From assembly GCA_963703955.1 (NCBI GenBank), contig CAVPGK010000006.1:161403-225402 (forward strand): a stretch of DNA of 64,000 nt, in the 5' to 3' direction. The notes beneath the pieces were generated by a model. The model was not told the DNA's origin and made no database searches. It was given only the letters and a program-made list of their open reading frames with translations. A program made the position numbers and the translations under genes. This stretch comes from Nitrospirota bacterium. Its GTDB lineage: Bacteria > Nitrospirota > Nitrospiria > Nitrospirales > Nitrospiraceae. Positions 1 through 12,284 of this stretch are shown piece after piece (position 1 is the stretch's first letter; every line of letters starts with the position of its first letter).

Positions 1-351
1 GGAAGGAGTGTGTCCACATGAAGGTAATAGGACGTAGAGTTACAGGTTACGCCTGCGTTGCGGATATGCGGACAGGTGGGTCTTTTGATCTCGCGTACGC
101 ATCGCCGGGTCCCATCGGGCTCGAAGCCCCGGCGGTGGATGTGCCCATGCAGAGGGGTTAACGGGGGTAAGGCATGCGGGAGCGAGGCTCGGGATACAGA
201 CAATTGGGACCGAGGCAGCAGGTACAGGTCTGTATTAGATGAATGAATCGAGGTGCGGACAGGCCCACTCTTGGCTTCACAGTGCGAAGCGGAAATGGAC
301 TCGCGTCAGTACCAGTCTCTCTGACTCGATTCCAACACCCAGCGCGACCAG

Positions 352-3300
352 TCAGGATCCACAACCTGCTGTCCAATTCGCTAGGATGTTCGCGACTGTG
401 TTGGACGACGGCAGCCCTCGCAGCGACAGGATCTCGGTCACATTTGTAAGGGAGGAGACCACGTTCGTCCCTCTTGCCCCTCGCCTCGCAGCCCCTGCCC
501 CGCGTCTGCACTCAGCGTCGCCAGCGGGCTTGCCAGCCACCCGCCCGGTTCCGTCGGCAGGCCGTAGTGCGCCGGCCACCACGAAGCTGCTGTACTGGCC
601 GCCCTCAAGGGCGGCACAGCGCACTCCGAGCAGCGCCGTCGCCGGAAGCGGGGTCTTCGAGAGCGGCACGATCTTGCCGGCTGCGGGAGCATTCGGCGAT
701 TGAACCCGCACGGTCCCACTCACCCCAAACTGCGACGACGCATCCACTAGGCTCGTGGCATCGGGGACCAAGGCATTGGTCGTAATGGAGATGTTCCCGC
801 CCTGGCCCTGGGTCGCCTGGGCGAGAATCTGGCTGTTCTGCAAAATGACAAACTGCGGGTCGATCATGATGTTGCCGCCAACGGTCGTCGTGGAACCTTG
901 CACCGAGGCGTTGATCTGGCTGTTCGTGAGCTGAATCATACCGGGTGCCGTCACCGTGATGTTGCCGCCGCTGGCCTGCGCGGCTTCCGTGGTCACCGCG
1001 CTGTTGATGCTGGTGTAATTCTGCCCGGCGCTGATCAGGATATTTCCCGCGTCGCCCAGACCGGTGCTTTGCGCTGAGATCACCGATCCATCGGTGAGCA
1101 TGATGTGATTACCTGCCGACAGCGTGATATTACCACCCGGCTGGCTACCACCTGTGACAGTGGCGGAAATGGTGGCATCCGCCAGCATGATGTCTGTCGA
1201 GGAGGCCAGCGCGATCGCCCCGCCGGCGCCCGCATCGGCTTCCGTCGTGATGTTGCTGTGGTTGAGCGTCACGGCGGCAGGACGAAACCCGGCGCCAGCG
1301 ACTCCTTGAATGGTGACGCTACCCGCGTTCCCGGCGTTCATGGCGGCACTGCTGCTACTGCTGGAAAAGATCGTGTTGTTGGTCGACAACGATCTCCACG
1401 TTGACCGCAATATTCCCCGCGGGCGCGCCGCCGCCCGAGGCCGCAAAAATCCCTGTCCGAAGCCCTCGTAGATCGCTGAGGATTCTGCCATTGAAGGCCA
1501 CCGTGTCTGCCGTGATCGTGATCGTCGACGGAGCGGTGGCCGCCGTTCCGCCATTGACATGAGTGTTGATGGCGAAGTTGTTGAGAGCCACCAGGCTGGC
1601 GGCATCCGTGGACGCCGGGCCCGGTCCTGAGATCGTCACGGTTCCCGCCGGGCCGGCCGTGTCGTTGGGACTATTGCTCGTGCTCGCGATGACTACATAT
1701 CCGTGCTCCATCGGCGTCCCATCTGGGTTCACATTCGCCCGCAGTGTATTGATGTGGAACGCGATATTCCCCGCCGGGGCGGGGCCGTTGGAGGTCGCAA
1801 AAATCCCAGCTGTTCGTTTCAAACCCTTCAGGCTCCCCTATTCCGAGGTGAGGATCAGAGTGTCCGCCGTGATCGTGATCGCCGATGGAGTCGTGGCCTG
1901 CTGTCCCGCCAGACACTTCCGTGGTGATCTCCGTCTTGTCGAGGGCCACGAGCGTAGCCGGATCCGTGGGCTCCGGGCCCGGCCCCGAGATGTCACGCTC
2001 CCCGCTGCCCGCGCCGTGGTCTGGAGCTTCTGCTTCGGGTTGGAGGAATACTCCATTGGCGCCCCCGTCGTCGGCGTCCCATCCGGGTTCACATTCACCC
2101 GTAGTGTGTCCACGTTGATCGCAATATTCCCCGCAGGCGCGTCCCGCGAGTGTCGCGAGGATCACGTTAGATTGCTGAGTGAGACCGAGTCTGCGGTGAT
2201 GGTATCGGAGCCGTACGTTTGTCATCGATGACCCGCCGAACACTATCGCATCGAACTCTGCACTGTTGAGCGCGACCAGCGTAGCGGGCATCCGTGGACT
2301 CCGGGCCCGGCCCTGAGATGGGTCACGGCTCCCGCCGGGCCGGCCGTGCTCTTCGGCTTACTTGTGCTTGGGTCTTCCGATAAATCACAAACTCGCAGTG
2401 TCACCAACGGGACATGTCCGTCCTTGGTACAATTATCGTTCCATCCGGGTTCACATTCGCCCGCAGCGTATCGACATTGAGCACAAGATTGCCTGCGGGT
2501 GCCAGGTTACTGGTAGGGGCCATGAATCATCGCTTGATTGCTGAGAGCTACAGACTCCGCTGCGATGGTGATCGTAGCCGGCGTGGTGACTGCCGTCCCG
2601 CCAAACACCTTGGCGCCGATCACGGTGGTGTCCAGACTAACGCTCCTCGCTGTGCTCCCGGGCCCTCGATACCTTGAATGGCGATGGCGCCTGCTTTCCC
2701 GGCCTCCAGACTCTCGCTCCTGCTGTTGCTCTCAATGAGCAGCGAGGTGGGAATTTGCGGGTAGTCAGGGCTGAGATCTGATGCATTCACGCGCTTGGCG
2801 CCAGGCTGCGTGGTCAATGTGCCTATATTGAAGGTGATATCTCCGGCCGGGCCGGACCCGCGCGTGTCGGCTGTCAGATGTGTCCCATTGCTCGACCGTC
2901 ACCTCGTCCGCCGTGATCGTGATGGCTCCCGGCGTGCTGGCCGCGCTGCCTCCGCTGATCGTCGTCCGGACCGTGGCATTGTCCAGAGACACGGTTTGCG
3001 CCGCAGCCCCGTCGAACCCCTGGATCGTGATCGTCCCCGCACTGCCGATCTCTCCCGCCGTGCTCTCCACCGTCGCCGTCTCCAGCCGGACCGTCGGCGC
3101 CGCCAGGGTGACACTGCCTCGCTGGCCCGCACTGTCGGTGGATGTCAAGACGCCGGTCGGCCCCTCCTGCCCCACGCCGGAGATCACGATCGACTCGCGG
3201 CCGGTCAGCTCAATGGGCGCCCCCTTGGCGATCAGTCGCCCCCCCACGATGCTGATCTGCGCCGCCCACCAGCGCCAACCCCTTCCCCTCCGGCATCTGC

Positions 3301-3920
3301 AGCGTGCTGTGATCCACCGTGATCGGGCCCGACCGCGGCCCTAGGAACCCAAAGGTCGCCACCGGCGCGACGCTCAGCAGCGCATCGGCCGCCGCATTGG
3401 GCGTGGCGTGAAAGACCGTCCCGTCGGCCAGTTTCAGCGAATCCGCCGTCGTGAAGGTTGCCATCCCGCCAATGTTCAGCGTGGCAGTGGGGCCAAACAG
3501 AAATCCGGCCGGGTTCATCAGAAACAGATTGGCACTCCCGAAGCCGCTGGTTTGAATCGTGCCGAAGATGTTCGAGGGATTCCCCCCGGTCACCCGGCCC
3601 AGGATGTTGGAGGTCGGCAGCGCCGTCTCGTTGAGGAAGTTCGCGATGTTGGCGGCGGGCACCCCAAACTGCCCGAAGCTGTGAAAGAGATTGGGGCCCG
3701 CCCCGGGTCGCGTCCCGCCGGTGATGGTGTACTGCGTCCCGCCAGGGACAGTGATCGGTGCACTGACCTGCGTGTGCAGCCCCGACGGCGTGATCGGCGG
3801 CACTTGGGCCTGGCTTATATGTGGCGGCGCGGCCATGGTCGACACAAGCGCGGCCAGCCACATCATCGCAAGGTAACACCAGACGCCTGGGGGACGATGG
3901 AAGAGCGTGTGACTCGTCAT
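352..3920 (-). pseudogene. Filamentous haemagglutinin-family (TPS-domain) exoprotein, copy 1, multiply frameshifted
   Basis: N-terminal TPS motifs NLFHSFGQF, NILGRVTGG, NLFLMNPAG in ORF 3210-4001; G/S/T-rich beta-helix repeats (GGNITV, AGNI) spread over several frames; C-terminus collinear with the intact paralog at 27218-30886. Frameshifts could be decay or assembly error. Confidence 0.85.
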
Positions 3921-4526
3921 GACGAACCCTCTCTCTTCCTGGGCATTCTGTATTGCGCATCCAAGCATGTACGTATCGCAACATGCAAGGATTTTATTCA
4001 CGTGACAATCATGGCGGATGAGAGAGTATCTTTCAGCCTAATTCAGGGGTGGACTACCCGCGAGCGAGTAGGGATTGCGAATCTGCGGGCAGGTGGCCCT
4101 TTTGCACTCGCCCGCCCATCGCCGGGTCCCATTGCAAGCATAGCCCCGTGGGGGGTGTGCCCATGCCATAGGGAACGCTTCTAGTAGGTTACGCCTGGGT
4201 TGCGGATGTGCGGACAGGTGGTCTATCCTTGCCCAGTGCTGTCCTGATGATCCCCGCGATGCGCCTATGTGCCGTCACTGGCACTTTCCTCTTTTTAGAT
4301 ACGAGTGGGTCGGTATGACGGGTCCTCCTCTCCAGGTCACAGGCTCCATAGATGGTTCATAGGTTCGCCTTGCCGTCAGGACGTTACCGGGTGCGTCTGT
4401 AACGTTGCCAATGATGTCCATAACGCATACCGTTGTTCAGTATGCAGCCTCTCGAGCTATATGTGCCCTCACAGCTCAGGGAAAGTGGCGCGCCCTTCCG
4501 ATCATCGAAAGGCTAGGGGGGAAGCT

Positions 4527-5402
4527 ATGGGAGTAAAAAGAATCCTGAGAACCGCCTTCGTAGGAATGAAACGCTGGCTTGCGGAGGAGCCATCTACTGC
4601 CCAGGAAGAACCGTTACCACCATTTGATAACACCTGTACCTGGCTCCGTCCCGCGTTTCTACAGGTCGATCACATCTGTCACCGTCCCGCTTATAGCTGG
4701 GGCGTCCTGGAAGGCACGGCGCTGGCAAAAGTCCTAGGCTATCCACGCGTCTCAGTCATCGAGTTTGGCGTGGCGGGTGGTGCCGGTCTTGTGGCGTTGG
4801 AACGCATTGCGGAACTCGTCGAAAAGATGGTTGGCGTAGAAATTGATGTCTATGGCTTTGATACGGGCACTGGGCTCCCCAAGCCGGAGGACTACCGCGA
4901 CATACCCTACATGTGGGACGAGGGGTATTATGCGATGGACGTCAAGCGACTCCGCGAACGGTTACAGCGCGCCCAACTCAAGATTGGCCTGGTGGAAACG
5001 ACGGTCCCGGAATTCATGCGAACGTCATTTACCCCAGTCGCATTCATTTCTATTGATCTGGACCTGTATACAGCGACCCGCCATGCGTTAAAGCTGTTGG
5101 AGGCCAATCCCGACCGACTGCTGCCTCGTATCCCGTGTTACTTCGATGATATCATGGGCGGGGGATACTGCGAGTTTACCGGCGAACGGCTTGCAATAGG
5201 CGAATTCAATGATGAGCATGGGATGCGAAAACTCGCGGCACAGCACGGACTCAAATTTTTTGTTCCGCCACATGATCGACATGAGCAATGGGTCGAGCTG
5301 ATGCACTTGGCCCATATCTTTGATCACCCCCTGTACGGCACGCGTAGTCACCTCCATGGGTACAATCGAATTGATATCGACGGGAAATGGTCTAAGGCAT
5401 AG
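4527..5402 (+). CDS. TylF/MycF-like class I SAM-dependent methyltransferase-fold protein
   Basis: Motifs VIEFGVAGGAG, VYGFDTGTGLP, FISIDLDLY and YFDD; ATG at 4527 after a purine-rich RBS. Confidence 0.65.
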   Translation: MGVKRILRTAFVGMKRWLAEEPSTAQEEPLPPFDNTCTWLRPAFLQVDHICHRPAYSWGVLEGTALAKVLGYPRVSVIEFGVAGGAGLVALERIAELVEKMVGVEIDVYGFDTGTGLPKPEDYRDIPYMWDEGYYAMDVKRLRERLQRAQLKIGLVETTVPEFMRTSFTPVAFISIDLDLYTATRHALKLLEANPDRLLPRIPCYFDDIMGGGYCEFTGERLAIGEFNDEHGMRKLAAQHGLKFFVPPHDRHEQWVELMHLAHIFDHPLYGTRSHLHGYNRIDIDGKWSKA

Positions 5403-5785
5403 CCTCAAGGAATCCAAGTCTCTATTTTTCTTGGATCGCTTCAACGAAGCGGTCGTCGGTGGGAACGACAAGTTAAGAGTACTTGGAGTGCGTCCAGCGG
5501 AGCCCTTTTACCGACACCGCGCATCGTAGGGTCCCATTCAGGCACAGACTTGGTGGGGGTGTGCCCACACACGGCGTCAGTGCGACGTAGACCCGTTGGG
5601 GAATGGGAGCCTTCCGCTACCCGCCCCTACCCTTGTTGTGTAACCGTGAGTGTAACCATCACAGTGACACATGGCGCAATCCAGCGCAACGCCATGCAAT
5701 CCCCATCATCGCTGATCCGCCAGCCAGTAGCGGCGAAACCTGACTTTCTGAAGCGCTTAGCCGTTCCTTGGATTTGTAGACTTCA

Positions 5786-5845
5786 GGTCTTGAAAACCGG
5801 AGTCCGGGCAACCGGACCGTGGGTTCAAATCCCACCCCTTCGCCA
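5786..5845 (+). mobile_element. att-like 3' fragment of tRNA-Ser(TGA)
   Basis: GGTCTTGAAAACC anticodon arm, long variable arm, GTGGGTTCAAATCCCAC T-arm and CCA end, with no 5' half. Arm-type-like direct repeats GTGTAACC at 5638 and 5650. Confidence 0.8.
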
Positions 5846-6101
5846 AATTGCAATGGTTCAAGTGAATATGGGTGGAGAGGTGAAAGGAGTCTAGCCATGC
5901 GTGGGGTGGGATTTGAACGGGGGTTTTGAAGGGGCGCACGGCGCGATGAATAAAGAGCGCCGCGTTTGTGCGCGCCGCCGAGTCGGTGAGGCGGCCGGGT
6001 CTTGTGCCCACTTCATGGGGCGTTCGCGAGGGGGCTGAACCCCTTGCGAGAGGGCGCGCTGAAACTGCGCAGCCGATTTCAAATTCCCACCCCCTCCGCC
6101 A
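5846..6101. repeat. tRNA-tail mini-element ending in a second copy of the tRNA-Ser 3' end
   Basis: 5903-5918 is the reverse complement of 5823-5838; 6078-6101 repeats TTCAAAT(T)CCCACCCC..CGCCA; internal module shared with 18740-18810 and 48883-48950. Confidence 0.65.
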
Positions 6102-6341
6102 GACCAAGCTAGCTAGGACCCGCCGCCCCAGAATTCCGGCGACGGGCTAGTGGTATCTTGATAGACTTGTCATCTCGAAAGGTCGACTTAGAACTGTCTC
6201 ATGGGCCTTCATTTGCGCATCATTTGAGACATCCATCGCGGTCCTGCCTCTCCCAGCTACTCAAAGTCCCCTTCTAACTCTTGCAAGGTTGTCATCAGCT
6301 GATAGACTTGATGTCAGACCAGGTCGATGCAAGGGAGTCTT

Positions 6342-6662
6342 ATGGCAACGGGGTTTTCCATTCGTAGCCATCGGCGGTTTCCGGTCGAGTGCGCCGTCGA
6401 CTACATGAGTTCGGATTGCGTAGGGAAAGGCGTTGTGCGGAACCTCTCCCGCGGTGGCTGGCGCATCGAGGGTGATCATGCTGTTGCGCCGGGGACGATT
6501 TTGACCTTAGCCGTGTGGTTGCCGGGCGACGGCGTCCCAGTCAAGGTCGAGAAGGCGATCGTCCGATGGGTCAGCGGCCACGCCTTCGGCGTCAAAATCC
6601 TCATGATGGCCCCAGCAGAAGGGACGAGACTTGAACGATTGGTGGCTCGTCTGCTTTCGTAA
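6342..6662 (+). CDS. PilZ-domain protein
   Basis: RxxxR (RSHRR) and D/NxSxxG (NLSRGG) motifs. Confidence 0.85.
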   Translation: MATGFSIRSHRRFPVECAVDYMSSDCVGKGVVRNLSRGGWRIEGDHAVAPGTILTLAVWLPGDGVPVKVEKAIVRWVSGHAFGVKILMMAPAEGTRLERLVARLLS

Positions 6663-6694
6663 AGACCTGTCTCGCTGATTCGTCTGACATAACT

Positions 6695-7057
6695 ATGGCA
6701 AGGATTCTGATCATCGACGATGAAAAGCCGGTTCGCCGTCTTGTTCGTCAAGCTTTGGAAGGAGCCGGATACGAGGTCGTGGAAGCTCGAAACGGCCAGG
6801 AAGGGCTTCGCCTCTATCGTCTCCGACCTACGGATCTCGTCATCACGGATCTGCTTACCCCCGAGAACGATGCATTGGAAAGCATCCTCATCCTCCGTCG
6901 CGAGTATCCCGAGGCCAAAATTGTCGCCATGACCGGCGGCACCGGAGAGAGCAATTTCCTCGATACCGCCACGGTGCTCGGCGCACACCGGACGCTGGCG
7001 AAGCCGTTTAGTCTGGATCAATTGCTTGGCACTGTGCGAACAATGGTGCAGAGCTAG
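6695..7057 (+). CDS. Single-domain response regulator (receiver)
   Basis: ILIIDD, LVITD phosphoacceptor, AMTG and LAKPF. Confidence 0.9.
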   Translation: MARILIIDDEKPVRRLVRQALEGAGYEVVEARNGQEGLRLYRLRPTDLVITDLLTPENDALESILILRREYPEAKIVAMTGGTGESNFLDTATVLGAHRTLAKPFSLDQLLGTVRTMVQS

Positions 7058-7434
7058 CACAGGCGGCGGAGACGAATCATCGTAAGGACAGGCGTGGGCA
7101 GATGGTGGGCAGCGATGTCAACGAAAACACCCGTGTTGAATCGGGAGCTAGGGACAGCAGGCCGTTTTTGTCCACGACAGACCGGAGTATTGACGACTGT
7201 GACCCCGAACGTCTGATATTCCATCTCGCCTGGGCATGCAAAGATCAACATCAGCCTCCCGAAGACCGTTGCAAAGCTATTATGATTCCCCGCACCGTAA
7301 TATCCTTCTGTGCATAGACTCTTCTTGCCTCTCACGGCGCTCAACTCATAGATGCCGGCTTGGCGTGGAAAAAGTCGGTCCTTCTCTCATTTTTGCCGTA
7401 GAATGTGTAGAATGTGTAACTGTACGTTAGGGAG

Positions 7435-8151
7435 GTGGCAATGGCACACAGGCGGTTGATACAGATCGTGCTCATATGTGGCTTCCTGTCCGCATTGTTG
7501 CTGGATAGGGCGTCCTCGGTTGCGGACCAAACGCTGGGGCCATCCGACGCCAAAACCTCAAGCGACACGTCTGCCGGGAAGCGGCCATCCAACAACGATA
7601 GTTCGAGCGCAGCAAAAACGGAAAAGTCTTCCTTGATCGTCACGTCCGAGTATTACATTGGACCGGAAGACGTCTTGGAAATTATCGTTTGGCGCAACAC
7701 CGATCTATCCAAGGTGGTCACGGTCCGGCCTGACGGTCGGATTTCTCTGCCCTTACTTGGCGACATTGAAGCCAATGGGCTGACCCCGGTAGAACTGACC
7801 GGCACTATTGCCTCCCGTCTTAAGCAGTTCAAGGAAACCCCGACGGTATCCGTCATTGTGCAGCAGGTCAGCAGCTATGGCATCTACGTGCTTGGAGAGG
7901 TAGCCAAACCTGGGCGCTTTTTCTTGAAAAGCAAAACGACGTTGCTTCAAGCCATCACCATGGCCGGAGGATTTACTCAGACCGCGGCTAAGGACAGGAT
8001 GGTCGTATTCCGTATGCGCGAAGGAAAGGAAGAAAAGGTGAAAGCCAGCTACTATGACATCGTGATGAAGGATGCGAGTAAGCAGAATGTGATTCTCAAG
8101 CCTGGCGATACCATCGTTGTGCCGTCTGAGACCATGGTCATGACCGATTGA
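7435..8151 (+). CDS. Polysaccharide biosynthesis/export protein (Wza/Poly_export + SLBB)
   Basis: YYIGPEDVLEIIVW, VRPDGRISLPLLG, VLGEVAKPG, LLQAITMAGG, LKPGDTIVVP; N-terminal signal-like segment. Confidence 0.9.
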   Translation: MAMAHRRLIQIVLICGFLSALLLDRASSVADQTLGPSDAKTSSDTSAGKRPSNNDSSSAAKTEKSSLIVTSEYYIGPEDVLEIIVWRNTDLSKVVTVRPDGRISLPLLGDIEANGLTPVELTGTIASRLKQFKETPTVSVIVQQVSSYGIYVLGEVAKPGRFFLKSKTTLLQAITMAGGFTQTAAKDRMVVFRMREGKEEKVKASYYDIVMKDASKQNVILKPGDTIVVPSETMVMTD

Positions 8152-9167
8152 CATGGCCAACCGGTGCCATGGGAATACTAGACATGAGTCCGCCATCTGT
8201 CATACACTCCAAATATGATTGGGGGAAAGACAGTTCTTCGCAGCGTTTGCCTTCGATGAATAGCCTCCCTAGACTGCACAGTCCACAACTATCTGCCGGG
8301 CACGCCTCTGAGAGGTACGAAGTCTCCACCGGCCTTTTACAACGGCTTCGCGCGGAGCGGTAGGCATTCGGAGCAGCTTTAGTTAGCCGGGTGGGCACCA
8401 AGCCGACTATCAAACGTCCCGCGCATCCCAAAGCATAAGTTTAAGTAAGGTATTTAGCCTGCGATGAAGCGGTCGACGACAACCCACTTTACCCACTGGG
8501 CCAGGCCAGATCTGGCGGCGTGACCTATCGAACTCCACAAACGCGCCGAAGTTGACCACGATGACCTGACCCGGTTCCATAAATCGAGTGCCACATCCGG
8601 GACCCACGTGACCCCTCATCAGAGCCAGGGTTCACCTCCAAGGCGGGCCACTGCGACCCCTCGGCAGAGTCTTGGAACAATTCGCTTTGGCGAACTCCAG
8701 CGATGACCACGCCATTGTCAAAGGCAGCAGCATCGATACACCCTTTGCATAAGCCTTCGCGAACGCGCCTACGGCCTCTACTTGCGATGGGGCGTCCAAG
8801 CTTTGAGCCAAGGCGATGAGCGTTCGGCTCACCGCGGCTTGATCTTTGTGAGCTAAGGAAGGGTGGCGTTGGATCAGCCGAACATAGTCAGACTAAACGC
8901 CACGGCAAGTCATGCGGGGCAAAGGAGACATCATCTTGTGCATATTCAGCCTCCTTGTCATTAGCGCACTGATTTCGTGCCTCCTCAGTTTCTAGAGGAA
9001 CCCGATGAATAGTTGTGCTCTTATGGTATGCGTCATGGAGCCGCTGGTGCTATAGGACTGGCCGGAGAATTGGTGTAGGAGGTGGGTTCATAAACGCAGC
9101 GTGCCCGTCCAGAGTCGGCTTTACGTTTAATACGCTTATTGGTGGAGCACCTGCGAGAGGATCAGGC

Positions 9168-10475
9168 CTAGCGCGAGCGGAGTAATTTCCATTGACTGAC
9201 TACTTTGACCTCGGAGCCGTCCCGACGCTTATGCACCAACTCGCCTTCCCAATGTCTCGTCTGTATGAGTTCGCTCTCGATGGTGGCAAGCGGCTTGGGA
9301 AAAATGGTTTTCAACAAGCGATGCGAACAACTCCCTACAGTCTCGGGATAGCTCCAGCCGTACAGCTCTTCGGCGGCTTTACTCCAGTAATGGATCGTGC
9401 CGTCCTGGCTTCGCACCAGTAAAGCGACGCCCTCGCTGAAAACCCCTTCGCCCTGTTCCGCTATTGGTTGGCTGTTTATCTCAATCACCGTCTGATTCGA
9501 CTCACGGCGCTTCCCCGCCGGTTCACCTCCCACGCTTGCACCGATCCTGGTATGGTGTGTTCGGTGGTCATCGTTCAGCGCCAACCACTCGGGACAGCCG
9601 CGGTCTCGAATGCTGTTCTCAGTATTGTGACCTTTATAGACAAAGACCAAGTTGTGATAGAAGTGCATGGCCGTGATGTGCGCGTCGTAATAATCCGGCA
9701 CATATCCGGGTATGACGAATTCCTTGTGGTTCAGACCGTCAACCCGCCGCTTCAAAAAATTCATGATCGTGGCTGGGTTGTTCAAATCGTGACTGTCCCC
9801 CCCGTGCGAAGGCCAGTACGAACTATTGACGTCCTCGATGACATAGATGCCGCCATCACGGAGCCTCGGAAAGAGTGCTCCAAACGCCTTGATCGTGTGA
9901 TCGTTAATATGGCTGCCATCATCGATGACAATATCAACACCTCCCATCTTCTCCACGACGGCATGCAAAAAGGCCTTATCCGTCTGATCACCCTGGAAGA
10001 CCTTGATGCGATGCCCCAGATCCAACCTTTTCGGATGTACGTCAATGCCGAAAACATAGCTGTTCGGGAAGAAGTCACTCCACATGCGGAGTGACTTCCC
10101 GCCGGTGTACGGATCGTCGTACCCCCCCACCCCTATTTCAAGAATATTGAGCTTTTTATGCCTGAGCGGAAAGAAATGTTTCTCATAATGTTGAGCGTAC
10201 CAGTGCGGCCCCCATTTTGAACACGCATGTAGTGTGGCGAGAGCGATGAGGTTTCGCCTCTTCATACGCCCCTTCACCATGAGTCCGGCTCGAGCTGAGA
10301 GAGACCGTACCGTCCTCAAGACCTCGACCATGGAGGGCGGTAAGTTGTGCTTCACATACCGACTAAAAATGGCCTGATTCATCACAACCCCATCAGATGA
10401 CAGATTAACGTTCCAGCGGCTCATACGATCGAAGTGCCAACCGGATTTTGTGCGTCGAGCCAACTTACCTACCAA
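9168..10475 (-). CDS. Class I SAM sugar O-methyltransferase-like protein with C-terminal PAS domain
   Basis: ILEIGVGGY, IDDGSH, GGIYVIED; C-terminal GTIHYWSKAAEELYGWS...WEGELVHKRRDG is PAS/PAC-like. True start probably ~10381 or later. Confidence 0.7.
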   Translation of the reverse strand: MVGKLARRTKSGWHFDRMSRWNVNLSSDGVVMNQAIFSRYVKHNLPPSMVEVLRTVRSLSARAGLMVKGRMKRRNLIALATLHACSKWGPHWYAQHYEKHFFPLRHKKLNILEIGVGGYDDPYTGGKSLRMWSDFFPNSYVFGIDVHPKRLDLGHRIKVFQGDQTDKAFLHAVVEKMGGVDIVIDDGSHINDHTIKAFGALFPRLRDGGIYVIEDVNSSYWPSHGGDSHDLNNPATIMNFLKRRVDGLNHKEFVIPGYVPDYYDAHITAMHFYHNLVFVYKGHNTENSIRDRGCPEWLALNDDHRTHHTRIGASVGGEPAGKRRESNQTVIEINSQPIAEQGEGVFSEGVALLVRSQDGTIHYWSKAAEELYGWSYPETVGSCSHRLLKTIFPKPLATIESELIQTRHWEGELVHKRRDGSEVKVVSQWKLLRSR

Positions 10476-11468
10476 AGTTCCGAACTCGTCTCAATCGGCC
10501 AAAGCATTACGCCAAACCACTTGAGGATCTCTATCTAGTCTCCCTCGTTTTTTTGCGCCTTTTATTGCCTTAAGGTTGACTCGCTAACCAGGATGATGAT
10601 CTTGCGACCCTTATCTGTGAATCGTTCGGGTTCATCCTCGATGATCTCTACGACCTCCAGCGTCACGGCAGGACGCATCTACCCTGTTCATGTTGCAGAG
10701 ATATCAAGTGATCGTTATAAAGCCGTCAAGCTTTCTTGTAATCGAGTAGACGGTGCCGTTCCAACTCTTCTGAGATGATGGAGTACATGTGCCACACAGA
10801 GACCGTTGAGAAACCGATTGTCTGTTGGCCCTCTCAGCTTCGCGAAAACAGATGGAACAGCTCTCGCACGAGCATATTTTCCCACTGAGGGTTGAGGAGT
10901 GCGGACCTTCCTTGCCACCGCTCACGAGAAGATCCCTTCCCCGTACTCCCTCTTTCTCTGCGCCGTCAGAACGGGAATGGGAAGACGAAGTGATCGGGCT
11001 ACAATTGGCGGACATCGATTTTCGGGGTCGCTTCATCGTTCTCTTGGATAAGAACAAACAGTTCATGAACAGCACTGATCAGAAGGCGATGTAGACGCCA
11101 TTCCATTGCGTGCCATGTACCCCAGAGACCATTCCGTTCAGGCTGTCCCACAGGCCTACATTCTCGAAGCCAGAGAAAAGCATAGAGTGCCAAGGCCCCC
11201 CACTCTTCTTGAAAAGTCTTCATCTTCATTGGCATCTCCCATCCTTTAATCAGCAGGCTACAGGTTCGATCCATGCGCACTTTCACAATTTTACCCCAGC
11301 ACGCCTGAGTCAGATGTTCTTTGAGGATTGAACTATGGGCGGGCTTTGTTCCGTTTTATAGTTTCAGCTGTGGCGTCAGCTCCTGGTCAAAAAGAGAACC
11401 TTCTGGTCATCAGACTATTAGAATGGTATGGAATCGGTCCCAGTCTGAAACGCGGGACAGGAGCTTAC

Positions 11469-11843
11469 TTAATGGGACGGAGGCGTTGCCTTGCGTGGTT
11501 GAATGTGGATGCTGCGATCCTGATGGCGGAATAACTCCATCGGCGGACCGATATCAGGCGGTCGTTCGATGATGAGTTGCTGTGGTGGTCGGTCATACGT
11601 GTAACAGAGACTTTTCAGAAGATTGACTTGTGAGCACAGTATAATCGCACCGGCACCGTTCCGAGAGTGGTCTGCCAGGGGGTTACCTTCTTCGGAGAAC
11701 GCAGACGGAAGGACGCCCATTGCTGTGGCAATGGAGAGGAGAACGGACCCGCCTATCACGATCCAGGACTTGCCCATCGCTGGTGGCCTTGAGCCGAGTG
11801 AACGCATAGGCGTCCCTTCCATCGACGGGATTGTAGTCGTCAA
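11469..11843 (-). CDS. Hypothetical secreted/membrane protein
   Basis: ORF with a hydrophobic signal-like segment; no family recognised. Confidence 0.3.
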   Translation of the reverse strand: MTTTIPSMEGTPMRSLGSRPPAMGKSWIVIGGSVLLSIATAMGVLPSAFSEEGNPLADHSRNGAGAIILCSQVNLLKSLCYTYDRPPQQLIIERPPDIGPPMELFRHQDRSIHIQPRKATPPSH

Positions 11844-11999
11844 GACACTCGCGTGTCAAAGGCGTCAGGAGTGACTCGTGCTCACCGGGTGTCCCATGAG
11901 CAAAGGAGCGTTGGAGCGAAGATTGACACTGTAAGTTGCGGGTTGCGGGTTGCGGAGTTGCGGACAGGTGGCTAGTGTCCTAAGGGGGTTGCTGCTTTG

Positions 12000-12284
12000 T
12001 CAGCAGATCCCGGAGGGTCCCGCCTTGCTTTGCCCGCCGCTCCAAACCGAGCACACAGGTATTTGTTCAAGGCATCTGAAAGCTATTGCCGCTCGCGAAC
12101 CACCGGAAGGATAGCACGACGTCATCTTGACCGCCAGATCGACCAGGGCAAACTTCTGCGTACTGACCTCCTCTGAGCCTCCGAGGTCCCTGAGAAGATC
12201 GGACCGCCATTGATCAAGGGCCTTTCCTAGACTCGTTCTCCGGTCTATCGCTCGCCCACCCAGAGCCCTTACTGCCCGTTTCAT
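12000..12284 (-). pseudogene. Fragment of a mobile-element hypothetical protein
   Basis: IDRRTSLGKAL..WR..L..DLGG...ST pattern, of a kind I associate with prophage/satellite ORFs; sequence degrades after ~55 aa; next to TTGGCACCA direct repeats at 12331-12350. Confidence 0.4.

Noticed and set aside
8150..9100. Short ORFs between the export gene and the methyltransferase
   Set aside because: No recognisable motif; interrupted frames, probably decayed DNA.
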